Assembly (NCBI GenBank): GCA_963849965.1
Contig: CAWKJV010000018.1
Coordinates: 146,410-170,409, forward strand
Length of the DNA stretch: 24,000 nucleotides
Direction: 5' to 3'
DNA from: an uncultured Actinomycetota bacterium
GTDB lineage: Bacteria > Actinomycetota > Actinomycetes > Actinomycetales > Dermatophilaceae
This document shows positions 11,037-20,125 of the stretch, piece by piece. Below the pieces are notes generated by a model, which was given only the letters and a program-made list of their open reading frames with translations, was not told the origin of the DNA and made no database searches. The number at the start of each line of letters is the position of its first letter. Position 1 is the stretch's first letter. Made by a program: the position numbers and the translations under genes.

Positions 11037-12478
11037 ATGGACCACGACGAGATCCGCGACGCACCTGAGGCGCATGCGCGCCCGGGACCTGCCGACCCAC
11101 GGCGGACGCACCCTCGCCTACGTCTACGACTCGGGTCTGGCCATCTGCCGACGCGCATCGGCCGCGAGGCGCTGGCGGCGTTCGCCGTCGACGAACGGCC
11201 TCGACCCGACGGCGTTCCCGTCGCTGCTCGCCGATGGAGAACGACCTCGTCGGCATCGCCGGCCGGCTCGTCGACGCCCCAGAGGGATTCGCCGGAGTCG
11301 TCACGTCCGGCGGCACCGAGTCGATCCTCCTCGCCGTGCTCGCCGCCCGTGACGGCCGGCCCGAGATCACGGCGCCCGCGGATGGTCCTGCCGACGACGG
11401 CCCACGCGGCCTTCCACAAGGCCGCGCACTGGCTCGGGGTCGAGCCGGTCCTCGTCGACGTCGACCCGGTGACGAAGCGCGCCGACCCTGAGGCGATGGC
11501 GGCGGCCATCGACGACCGCACCGTCCTCGTCGTGGCCTCGGCACCGTCCTACGCCCACGGCGTCATCGACCCCGTCGAGCCGATCGCCGCAGCCGCGGCG
11601 GCCGCTGCGGGGTGCGGTGCCACGTCGACGCCTGCATCGGCGGATGGGTGCTGCCCACACCTGCGCGCCTCCGAGCCCGACCAGCCGCCGTGGACGTTCG
11701 CCGTCGACGGCGTCACGAGCCTGTCGCTCGACCTGCACAAGTACGCCTACACCCCCAAGGGCGTCTCGATCCTGCTCCATGCCTCGGCCGACCTGCGCCG
11801 CACGCACCTCTTCGCCTCGGCCCGGTGGCCGGGCTACACGATGCTCAACACGACGGCGCAGTCGACGAAGTCGGGCGGCCCGGTCGCCGCGGCCTGGGCC
11901 GTCGTGCACCACATCGGTGCCGACCGCTATGCCGTCGCTCGCCCGAGACGGCGCGCGACGGCGACGCTCGACCTCGCGGCGGCGGTGGACGGCATACCCG
12001 GGCTGTCGGTTGCGGCCACCCGGACTCGACGCTGCTCTCGCTCGACGACCGACGACGTCGTGCGACGTCTTCACGATCAGCGACGAGATGCTCGACCGGG
12101 GGTGGTTCGTCCAGCCGCAGATGCGCTTCCGCGACCTGCCGGCGACGCTGCACCTGACCTTCAGCGCGGCGACGGCGGCGTCGTCCGACCTGATCGCCCG
12201 GACCTCGCCGACGCGACGGCGGCGGCCCGCGGCGTCCGGGCCGGCCCAGGCCCCGGCCGAGCTCGTCGCGATGGCCTCGGCGATCGACCCGGCCACCCTC
12301 GACGAGGCGACCTTCACCGGCCTGCTCGCCGCCGCGGGCCTCGCCGGCGGGGATGGCGACGCTCGTGCTGCCCGAGCGGATGGCGCCGGTCAACGCGCTG
12401 CTCGACGCGCTGCCACCGGAGCTGCGCGAGGCACTGCTGCTCGGCGTCATCGACCGGCTCGCTCGGCCCACCCCGTGA
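11037..12478 (+). pseudogene. PLP-dependent group II decarboxylase / sphingosine-1-phosphate-lyase-like enzyme, heavily disrupted (at least 10 frame changes)
   Basis: Spliced segments are RARDLPTHGGRTLAYVYDSGL / NGLDPTAFPSLL / MENDLVGIAGRLVDAPEGFAGVVTSGGTESILLAVLAARD / MVLPTTAHAAFHKAAHWLGVEPVLVDVDP...VLVVASAPSYAHGVIDPV / RCHVDACIGGWVLP / WTFAVDGVTSLSLDLHKYAYTPKGVSILL (HK = PLP lysine motif) / CDVFTISDEMLDRGWFVQPQ...ATLHLTFS / LVLPERMAPVNALLDALPPELREALLLGVIDRLARPTP* (TGA 12476-12478). The start is uncertain (ATG 11014 or 11037). Confidence 0.65.
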
Positions 12479-12502
12479 GCGCGGTCGCCTAGCATCCAGC
12501 GC

Positions 12503-13112
12503 ATGACGCACACACAGGGGAACAGTGGGCGCGCGGTCGGACTCGTCCTGGTCGCCGGCGTGCTGGCGGGTTGCACCGCGTCGGCGGGCATCGATCCACC
12601 GACGACGACGCCGGTGACGACGCCCGTGACGAGGCCAGTGACGACGACGGCCACGCTGGCCGCGACGACGCCGAAGGCCACCGGGAGCACCACGACCACG
12701 CCCGCACCACACCCGACCGCGCTCGCCTGTGGCACCGCGCCGAAGGCTCTCGTCGACCGGGCCGGCACGTCGATCGCCGCCCATCCGGGAGCGATCACCG
12801 CGACGACCTACGTCTTCGCTGCGACGACCGACACGGGCGACTGGTTCGTCCTGGGCATCGACCGCGAAGTACGTGCACGACGACGGCAGCCCCGCGCTGG
12901 GGCCGAACAGGGACCACTCGCGCTCGCTCGCGTTGACCAACGCGGCCCGAACGACGGACGGGACCGTGGCGATGATCCCGTTGAGCGTCGACGTCTCCGA
13001 CAGGACCCCTGTCTCGTGGGACCGCGTGTCGTGGACGGGCGACACCCTCGCGGCCGGGCAGCGGGCGGCGCAGCGCGCGATCGCCTGCCTCGACGCGCAG
13101 CGCCGAGCATGA
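12503..13112 (+). pseudogene. Putative secreted lipoprotein of unknown function with a Thr/Pro-rich linker; one +1 frameshift near 12866
   Basis: MTHTQGNSGRAVGLVLVAGVLAGCTAS carries a signal peptide and an LAGC lipobox. A linker TTTPVTTPVTRPVTTTATLAATTPKATGSTTTTPAP follows. The globular part ...GDWFVLGIDRE continues in ORF 12729..13112 as KYVHDDGSPALGPNRD...AAQRAIACLDAQRRA*. Length 610 nt = 3n+1. No family recognised. Confidence 0.5.
12611..12646 (+). repeat. Three tandem imperfect 12-bp repeats (ccggtgacgacg / cccgtgacgagg / ccagtgacgacg) encoding PVTT/PVTR/PVTT in the lipoprotein linker
   Basis: Read directly from the sequence at 12611-12622, 12623-12634 and 12635-12646. Confidence 0.6.
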
Positions 13113-13114
13113 CG

Positions 13115-13144
13115 AAGGGCGGGCACCGCGCGGTGCCCGCCCTT
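13115..13144. terminator. Bidirectional stem-loop between the convergent lipoprotein gene and sodA
   Basis: Perfect 13-bp inverted repeat AAGGGCGGGCACC (13115-13127) / GGTGCCCGCCCTT (13132-13144) with loop GCGC. It starts 3 nt after the lipoprotein stop and ends 19 nt before the sodA stop. A T-rich tail (cTTgTcgTgT) follows on the plus strand. Confidence 0.65.
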
Positions 13145-13162
13145 GTCGTGTCGCAGTGTCGC

Positions 13163-13783
13163 TCAGGCCGGGAGGATGAGTCCCTTGGTGGCCTTGGCGC
13201 GCTCGAGGCGAGCGGCGACGTCCTGCCAGTTGACGACGTTCCACCAGGCCTTGACGTAGTCGGCCTTGACGTTCTCGTACTGCAGGTAGAAGGCGTGCTC
13301 CCACATGTCGAGCTGGAGCAGCGGGATCTGGCCCACGGGGATGTTGCCCTGCTGGTCGAACAGCTGCATGATGTGCGGCCGCTCGGCGATGGTGTCCCAC
13401 GCGAGGATCGACCAGCCGGAGCCCTGGATCGCGTTGGCGTTGGCGTTGAAGTGCGCCTGGAACTTCTCGAAGCCGCCGAAGTACTCGGTGATCGCCGCGG
13501 CGACCTCACCCTCGGGCTGGCCACCGCCGTCGGGGCTCATGTTCTTCCAGAAGACGGAGTGGTTCGTGTGTCCACCGAGGTGGAAGGCGAGGTTCTTCTC
13601 CACACCGTTGAGGGCGGCGTAGTCGCCCGACTCGCGCAGCTCCTCCAGCTTGGTGACGGCGGCGTTGGCGCCGTCGACGTAGGCCTTGTGGTGCTTGCTG
13701 TGGTGCAGCTCCATGATGCGAGCGCTGATGTGGGGCTCGAGGGCGGCGTAGTCGTAGTCGAGCTCGGGAAGCGTGTAAGCCAC
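13163..13783 (-). CDS. sodA: Fe/Mn superoxide dismutase, intact
   Basis: ORF 13163..13807. The likely true start is GTG at 13783, preceded by AAAGGAA, giving [32 protein letters not shown]...[19 protein letters not shown] with the canonical metal ligand motifs. No frame disruption. Confidence 0.9.
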   Translation of the reverse strand: MAYTLPELDYDYAALEPHISARIMELHHSKHHKAYVDGANAAVTKLEELRESGDYAALNGVEKNLAFHLGGHTNHSVFWKNMSPDGGGQPEGEVAAAITEYFGGFEKFQAHFNANANAIQGSGWSILAWDTIAERPHIMQLFDQQGNIPVGQIPLLQLDMWEHAFYLQYENVKADYVKAWWNVVNWQDVAARLERAKATKGLILPA

Positions 13784-13819
13784 TTGTCGTTCCTTTCTGG
13801 AGACCATCCGGCTCCGACC

Positions 13820-13850
13820 ACTCTATGCCGCACCGAAGCGGTGCAGACAA
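13820..13850 (-). promoter_or_regulatory. Candidate sodA promoter (TTGTCT-N19-TAGAGT on the minus strand) with a small hairpin in the spacer
   Basis: The minus-strand -10-like TAGAGT is the reverse complement of 13820-13825, ~37 nt upstream of the GTG start. A TTGTCT -35-like hexamer is the reverse complement of 13845-13850. The spacer contains the hairpin GCACCG-AAG-CGGTGC (13830-13844). The spacing is longer than optimal. Confidence 0.3.
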
Positions 13851-13936
13851 GGTGTCCGTGAGCGGGTCTGTGGGTCACGTACCCACTTGGCCCACCCTCC
13901 GACGTCAACCCGGCTTGAGGTCAAATCGGTGGAGGC

Positions 13937-14413
13937 TCAGGCGTTGTCGCGTCCGAGGAACGCCTCGAGGGTCTCGACGACGAGCCGGTGGTCCTCGCGC
14001 TGCGGCAGCCCCGAGACGGCGATCGTGCCCACGCAGCCGACGCCCCGGACGATGACCGGGAAGGCGCCGCCGTGCGCGGCGTAGCGGCTCGGGTCGAGGC
14101 GCGAGCTGTCCTCGAACGTCTTGCCGGCGGCGCGGAACTCCTCGCCGACGTAGAGGGACGAGTGGCCGTAACGGTCGACGACGGCGCTCTTGCGCTCGAG
14201 CCAGCCGTCGTTGTCGGCCGTCGCGCCGGGCAGGGCCGCGTGGAAGAGTCGCTGGCCGTTGCGTCGGATCGAGATCGCCACGGGCGACCCTGCGGCGCGG
14301 GCGGCGTCGCGCAGCGCGACGCCGACGGCCCATGCCGTGTCGTCGTCGAAGCGGTCGAAGACGAGGGCGGACTCCTGGGCGGCGAGCTCGTCGAGCGTGG
14401 GGTTCTGGGTCAC
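13937..14413 (-). CDS. UPF0303 / heme-degrading-domain (GlcG/HbpS-like) protein, intact
   Basis: ORF 13937..14461. The likely start is GTG at 14413: VTQNPTLDELAAQESALVFDRFDDDTAWAVGVALRDAA...ISIRRNGQRLFHAALPGATADNDGWLERKSAVVDRYGHSSLYVG...GGAFPVIVRGVGCVGTIAVSGLPQREDHRLVVETL. This pattern is typical of the UPF0303 family. Confidence 0.7.
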   Translation of the reverse strand: MTQNPTLDELAAQESALVFDRFDDDTAWAVGVALRDAARAAGSPVAISIRRNGQRLFHAALPGATADNDGWLERKSAVVDRYGHSSLYVGEEFRAAGKTFEDSSRLDPSRYAAHGGAFPVIVRGVGCVGTIAVSGLPQREDHRLVVETLEAFLGRDNA

Positions 14414-14457
14414 CGCCCGATTGTCCACCTCAGCGCGTCGCGCTGCGCCATGCGCTC

Positions 14458-17400
14458 TCACGCGAGTCCGAGCAGGTCGCGCACGTCGTCGGCCGTGATG
14501 GCGCCCGAGAGCGAGCCGCCCTCGTCGACGACGCGCTGGAAGAGGTCACGCTTGCGCTCCTGCAGCGCGACGACCTTCTCCTCGATGGTGCCCGCCGAGA
14601 CGAGGCGGTAGACGGTGACCGGGCGGTTCTGCCCGATGCGGTGGGCCCGGTCGATGGCCTGCGCCTCGGCGGCGGGGTTCCACCACGGGTCGAGGACGTA
14701 GACGTAGTCGGCCTCGGTGAGCGTCAGCCCGAACCCGCCGGCCTTGAGGCTGATGAGGAAGGCGACGGCGTCGCCCTCGCGGAAGCCGCGCACGACCGAC
14801 TGCCGGTCGGTCGTCGACCCGTCGAGGTATGCCGTCGTCACCCCCGCGCGCGTCAGCGCGGCCTCGACGATGCGCAGGAAGCCGGTGAACTGGCTGAAGA
14901 CGAGCGCCCGGTGGCCCTCGGCCGCCAGCTCGCGCAGCTGGTCGACGAGGAAGTCGATCTTGGCGGCGGTCGCCTTGCCGGCGTGGACCTCGTCGACGAG
15001 GACGGGGTCGAGCGCGAGCTGGCGCAGCCGGGTCAGCGCCGCGAGGATCGCGACGCGGTTGGACTCGGGGTCGTCGAGCAGGCCGAGGACGCGCTGCCGC
15101 TCGCGCTGCAGGTGCTGGTCGTAGATGTGGCGGTGGACCGGGTGCGGGTCGAGGGCCATGACCTGGATCTGCTTGGGCGGCAGGTCGATCGCCACCTGCT
15201 CCTTGGTGCGGCGCAGCATCAGGGGCCGGATGCGCCGGCGCAGCAGGTCGAGCAGCTCGGGGCGCTCACCGGACTCGATGGGCTTGCGGTAGTTCTTCGT
15301 GAAGACGTCGGGCCGCGGGTAGAGCCCGGGCGCCGTGAGCGAGAGCAGCGACCAGAGGTCCATGAGGGAGTTCTCGAGCGGCGTGCCGGTGACGGCGACG
15401 GTGAAGGGCGCCCCGAGCCGGCGCACGGCGACGTGGGTCTTGGCCTGCCGGTTCTTGACGAACTGGGCCTCGTCGAGCACGACCCCACCCCACCGCACGC
15501 CGTGGAAGGCGGCGTCGTCGAGGCGCAGGACGGCATACGAGGTGATGACGACCTCGGCGCCGGCGACGGTGTCGGCGAGCGGGACCCCACGCTTGCGCTC
15601 CGTCGCGGTGACGGCGACCGCCGCGAGGTGCGGCGCGAAGGTCTCGAGCTCACCCATCCACGTGCCGACGACGCTCGTCGGCGCCACGACGAGGACCGGA
15701 CCCCGGGCCTCGGGTCCGCCGTCGCCGAGCTCGCCGCGGTCGTGCGCGCGGACGAGGGTCGGCGATGACCTGGAGGGTCTTGCCGAGGCCCATGTCGTCG
15801 GCGAGGATGCCGCCGATGCGGGCGTCCCAGAGGCGCGCGAGCCACCGGTAGCCGTCGAGCTGGTAGGGCCGCAGCGTCGCCCGGAGGTCGGGCGGGACCT
15901 CGGCGAGCGGGCCCGGACTCGAGCGAGCCGAGCGCCTCGACGTTGGCGGCCCACCGCGCGCTCTGCTCGTCGACGACGCCGAGGGCGACGAGCTCGTCCC
16001 AGAGGTCGGCGTGGTGGGCGCTGAGGCGCAGGCCGCCGGTCTCGGGGTCGGCGATGTCGCGGGCCTCCTCGATGAGGTCGCGCAGCCGGTGCAGCTCGGG
16101 CCGGTCGAGCCGGAAGAACGCACCGGAGTCGAGCAGCATGATGTCGTCGCCCCGGGCGAGCGCACCGAAGAGCGGCTCGAACGGGACCTCCTCGCCGTCG
16201 ACCTCGACGGAGACCCGCAGGTCGAACCAGTCGCCGGGATCAGCCTGCTCGCGCCGCTCACCGGTGCCGAGCCGCACCACCGGCGCCGACGTGACCTCCT
16301 CGTAGGCCGGGACGTCGCCGTCGACCTCGACGGTGACGTGCTCGTCGGCCTCGAGCAGCGGCAGCGTGTCGGCGACGAACCGGGCGGCCGGGAAGCCCGG
16401 TGAGCACGACGCGCGGCACGAGGTAGGCGTGGCCGCCGAGGTCGGCGCGCAGCGCGCCGGGCACCGAGCGCAGCGACGTCGCGGCCTGCACCGCGGCGGA
16501 CTCGGCGTCGCGGTCGCGTCCGCCGACGGTGCCGAAGCGCGCCGTCGTGAACGGACGGGGGACGCCGTCATAGGCATGGCCGAGGTCGAGGCGCAGCTCT
16601 CCGGGGACGTCGCTGACGACCCGGACGTGGACCGTGACGACCTCCGCCCGGACGTCCTCGGCCGGCTCGGGCGCCGGCAGCGGCACCTCGGACCGGACGC
16701 GGAGCCGCTGCCGCAGGCCCGGCACGACGGACCGGAGGAAGCGGCCGCGCTCGTCGGCCGGGACCCGCAGCCCGGCGAGCGCGGACGCGAGCGCGTCGGG
16801 GCCGAGGTCGAGCTCCTGCTCGAGGGGCACGAACGTCAGCGAGCCGTCGTCGCCCTCGACCGCCACGGCGTGCACGGGGTCGCCGAGGTAGAGCTGCTCA
16901 CCGGTGGCGTCCGGTGGCAGGCCCTCGATCTCGACGTCGAGGTCGAGGTCGCCGCTGCCGTCGGCGGCGCGCTTGACGAGCGAGCACGAGCGAGGCCGCG
17001 TCGTCGACGACGTGGACCGGCCCGGTGACGCCCTCCCCGGGCATCACCTCGATGCCGGCGGCCCGGGCCTCGCGCAGCAGCGGCCAGACGTCAGGGCTCG
17101 CGTCGAGCGAGAGCGGCGGCGTCGCGGAGAAGTACGTCGTGCCGCCCGACCCGTGCCGGGCGACGTCGTGCAGGCGTCCCATGATCCGCTCGTGCTCGGG
17201 CAGGAACCGGATGCCCGGCGCGCCACTGGGGCAGGGCGTCGTGCCACGAGAGGGTGCGGTGCCACGTGCCGGCGCGGGTCCACCGGGTCGGCCGCAGGCC
17301 GTAGCTGAGCTCGGGCACACCGCGGCGGCCGCGCTGGTCGCGGTAGACGGTGTCGACGAAGAGGCCCGCCGGCATGAGGTCGCCGCGCGGCTCGGGGCGC

Positions 17401-17880
17401 TCGGCGACGGGCGCCGGCTCGACCGGCCCGCGGCCGGACGTGACCGAAGACGTCGGACCAGTGCGGGCGGCACGACGAGCGGGTCGCCGACTCGAGCGAC
17501 GGGCGCGTCGCTCCCGTCGCGGTCGACACCGGCCTGCGGGCTCGACGACCCGGCCCTGGGCGACGTCCCGCGCGGTGAGCATGAGGGCCACGACGTGCTT
17601 GCAGTCGGTGCCGACCGGGCAGCTGCACCGGCCGCTCCACAGGTGCGACCGCCCCTTCGGGTGCGGCCGCGCCTCGATGATCGTCTGGTAGGTCTCGCTG
17701 CCGCTGCCCTCGATCGTGCCGAGCAGCATCATGCCCGTCGGGGCGGGTGGCGAGCGAGCGCACCCGGCGCTCGACGGCATACGCCTGCCCGCGGTCGAAG
17801 GTGCGGGTGCCGACCTGCTGGGCGATGTCGGGGTCGGTGACGTCAGCCACCCACGTCGCCCGACCCACGCTCCATGCCAC
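14458..17880 (-). pseudogene. SNF2-family helicase with N-terminal SWIM zinc finger (HelZ-like, ~1140 aa), disrupted by six successive +1 frameshifts
   Basis: The N-terminus is MAWSVGRATWVADVTDPDIAQQVGTRTFDRGQAYAVERRV. The SWIM motif is WSGRCSCPVGTDCKHVVALMLTA. The helicase core has [37 protein letters not shown] and SLKAGGFGLTLTEADYVYVLDPWWNPAAEAQAIDRAHRIGQ. The gene is assembled from ORFs 17044..17880, 17091..18077, 16898..17473, 16258..16875, 15219..16577, 15650..16261 and 14458..15954. Junctions lie near 17735, 17220, 16980, 16390, 15912 and 15765. Length 3423 nt = 3n, consistent with six extra bases. Confidence 0.8.
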
Positions 17881-17969
17881 CCGAGAACTCTACGTTCGCC
17901 CGCCGACACCGTCGGGGTTCGTCCACAGCGTCGTCCCGACCCGGCATCGCCGTCGGGCAGGATGGGCGC

Positions 17970-18456
17970 ATGCCGAGCACGCCTGATCCTCGTGAGCTGA
18001 CGCTCGCCGACTTCCCGGTCCACCGCGCCGGTGACGACCCGGTGGTCCGACAACGACATGTACGGCCACCTCAACAACGCCGTCTACTACGAGCTCTTCG
18101 ACTCGGCGATCAACGGCTGGCAGGCCGAGCACGTGACGATCGACCCGATGACCGACGCGACGCAGGGCGTCGTCGCGGAGTCGTCGTGCGCCTTCTACGC
18201 CGAGGTCGCCTTCCCGGCGCCCCTCGTCGTCGGGGTCCGCGTGGTCGCGACTCGGCACGCAGCAGCGTCACCTACCAGCTCGGGCTCTTCCTCGACCCGG
18301 AGCGCACCGCCGCGCCCGACCCCGCGATCAAGGCGCTCGGGCACTGGGTGCACGTCGAGATCGACGCCGCGACGCGGCGGCCCGACCCCGATCCCCGACC
18401 ACCTGCGCGCCCTCATGGAGACGGCGGTGGTGGAGGTCCCGGAGGCCTCGGCATGA
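17970..18456 (+). pseudogene. Hotdog-fold acyl-CoA thioesterase (4HBT/YbgC-like), disrupted by four +1 frameshifts
   Basis: MPSTPDPRELTLADFPVHRA / VTTRWSDNDMYGHLNNAVYYELFDSAINGWQ...ESSCAFYAEVAFPAPLVVGVRVVA / LGT / SSVTYQLGLFLDPERTAAPDPAIKALGHWVHVEIDAATRRP / PIPDHLRALMETAVVEVPEASA*. Junctions lie near 18030, 18250, 18260 and 18385. Length 487 nt = 3n+1. Confidence 0.65.
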
Positions 18457-18925
18457 GCGACGGACCGCTGGACGAGACGTGGGAGGGGTGGACGACGCGC
18501 ATCGCGGCCGACCTCGCAGCTCTCGAGGAGGACGACTGGCTGACCTTCACCGTCCACGTGCCGTCGCACGCCTCGAGTGCGTATGCCGCCACGCGGGCTC
18601 CGCGAGGATGGCGCATGGTCGGGCGCCCGACCGGTCGGGCCCACCCACGTGCCCGATGTCTTCGTGCAGGCGCGCCGGATTGAGGGCGTGCTCGCGCTCG
18701 AGTGCATCGGCGACACGCAGTTCGAGGGCGTGACCGACCTGAGCCGCGACCAGCAGGCTGCTCTGGCGGCCCTCGGCTGGGAGCGCCAGGGCCGGCAACC
18801 GGAGTTCAGCCGCACCTTTACCGACGGAGCGGCCGCCGCACGACTGGTGCACGCGAGCCTCACCGAGGTCCTGGGTGCGTCGACGCCCGCCGACGTCGAC
18901 CTCCGCCGCGCTCCCCCGACCGTAG
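18453..18925 (+). pseudogene. Small hypothetical protein, possibly YbjN/TY-Chap-like, translationally coupled to the thioesterase; needs two +1 corrections
   Basis: The ATG at 18453 overlaps the thioesterase stop (ATGA). The reading is MSDGPLDETWEGWTTRIAADLAALEEDDWLTFTVHVP... then, in ORF 18577's frame, PDVFVQARRIEGVLALECIGDTQFEGVTDLSRDQQAALAALGWERQG...LVHASLTEVLGASTPADVDLRRAP. A +1 correction in the CCCCC run 18913-18917 gives stop TAG 18923-18925. Otherwise the frame runs antisense through the ANTAR gene to 19302. The family assignment is only a resemblance. Confidence 0.4.
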
Positions 18926-18927
18926 GT

Positions 18928-19984
18928 TCAGGAATGCCTGGGGGCCTTGAGGTCCCCGGTCTCGGCCAGCTCGAGGGCCACGGGTGGAGCTTCTCCTCCA
19001 GCGCACTCGAGGCGTGCCGCAAGAAGTTGAAGGCGGCCTCCGGGGTGAGGTGGAGCCGTTCCATCAGGATCCCCTTGGCCTGGCCGATGACATCTCGGGT
19101 CAACAGGGCCTTGTGCAGGTTGTCCGCCACGTCCTGCAGGGCACCCCGTTCGCGGACGGCTCCAGCGGCCATCGAGGCGTGTGCGGCCAGGATGAGCCCG
19201 ATCTGCTGCGCCTCGTCGCTGAACGCATCAGGCTGCCGGCCATACGTGTTCAGCGAGCCTTCCGGACCGACGCTGGCAGGTCCCATGGCCGCCAGGCGGT
19301 AGGAGGCGACGGACTGGGCGCCGAAGTCGACCGGACGGGACGCGAGCGTGGGCCAGCGGTTGTCGGGGAACGACTTGGCGTAGACGAGGGTGGTGTCGAC
19401 GGCATCGAGGCACGGGCCCTCTCGAGCGTCGTACTGGGCGTCGTCGACAGCTGACGCCGCCACGTGCGTGGTCGAGGCCGTCCGATACACCCCGTCCTCT
19501 CGACTGTGACGCTTGCCATCTCGCATTCTGCGACGGTGCTCACCGCAGCCTCAGCGATGCGCTGGAGGACAGCGTCGTAGGACTCCGCAGCGAACAGGTT
19601 CTCGGCAATGGCGGCGAACGCCGATGCCAGGTGCGTGCTCGGCGTGGCCTCCACCCGCCGCTGGGTCGCCTCATCGCGGGCCCTGGTGGCGTCGACGCGG
19701 TCGGCCGCCGACTGCTCACGCTCCTGTCGCGCCTGGTCCCGAGCAGCGAGCGCCTCGGCCTGCTGCGCTGCTCCTTCGCCGCCGCGGGGCGGGCCGAGCT
19801 GCGCCTCCCGGGCCACCAGCTCCCGTTCCCGCTCGGCCAGGGCGTGTTCTCGCGCGTCGGCCACCAGGTCTCGCAGGTCCGCAACCAGGTCCCGGTCGTC
19901 GGCCAGCGCATCACGACGGTCACCGACGAAGTCGCGTTTCTCGGCCGCCCACTGGCGTTCGTCATCAGAGGACCGCGCAGCCAT
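18928..19984 (-). pseudogene. GAF + ANTAR RNA-binding antiterminator-type regulator with an N-terminal charged coiled-coil; two frame changes
   Basis: ATG at 19984 follows GAGGAGGAG. The reading is MAARSSDDERQWAAEKRDFVGDRRDALADDRDLVADLRDLVADAREHALAERERELVAREAQL...FAAIAENLFAAESYDAVLQRIAEAAVSTVAECEMASVTV / EDGVYRTASTTHVAASAVDDAQYDAREGPCLDAV... (GAF) ...LHKALLTRDVIGQAKGILMERLHLTPEAAFNFLRHASS (ANTAR) / VALELAETGDLKAPRHS* with TGA at 18930..18928. Junctions lie near 19500 and 18983; each could be -1 or +2. Confidence 0.75.
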
Positions 19985-20040
19985 CAGATCGCTCCTCCTC
20001 AACCTCGGAGCCAGATCGGATCAATGCTCCAGCGTAGGCC

Positions 20041-20082
20041 GTGGAAGGGTGGGATCCCACCCTCGGCGGCACTCCCTTCCAC
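20041..20082 (-). terminator. Nested palindrome / alternative stem-loops between the ABC exporter stop and the ANTAR gene start; candidate terminator and/or leader structure
   Basis: There is a perfect 16-bp palindrome GGGTGGGATCCCACCC (20047-20062). The flanking 9-nt arms GTGGAAGGG (20041-20049) and CCCTTCCAC (20074-82) are perfectly complementary and share GGG 20047-49 with the inner palindrome. The element lies 44-85 nt downstream of the ABC stop and 57-98 nt upstream of the ANTAR ATG. No U-tract is present. Confidence 0.4.
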
Positions 20083-20125
20083 AGGTCGCGAGGTCGCCTG
20101 GACCGGGTCCCCTGGCCCGCTCTCG

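Noticed and set aside
14458-17880. SNF2 helicase as the core of a phage-defence system (DISARM-, Zorya- or BREX-like)
   Set aside because: No partner genes are adjacent: no methyltransferase, DUF1998/PLD, ZorA/B/C-like or PglZ/BrxC-like genes. The neighbours are housekeeping-type genes (UPF0303, sodA, thioesterase). The SWIM + SNF2 architecture fits the widespread HelZ-like chromosomal helicase.
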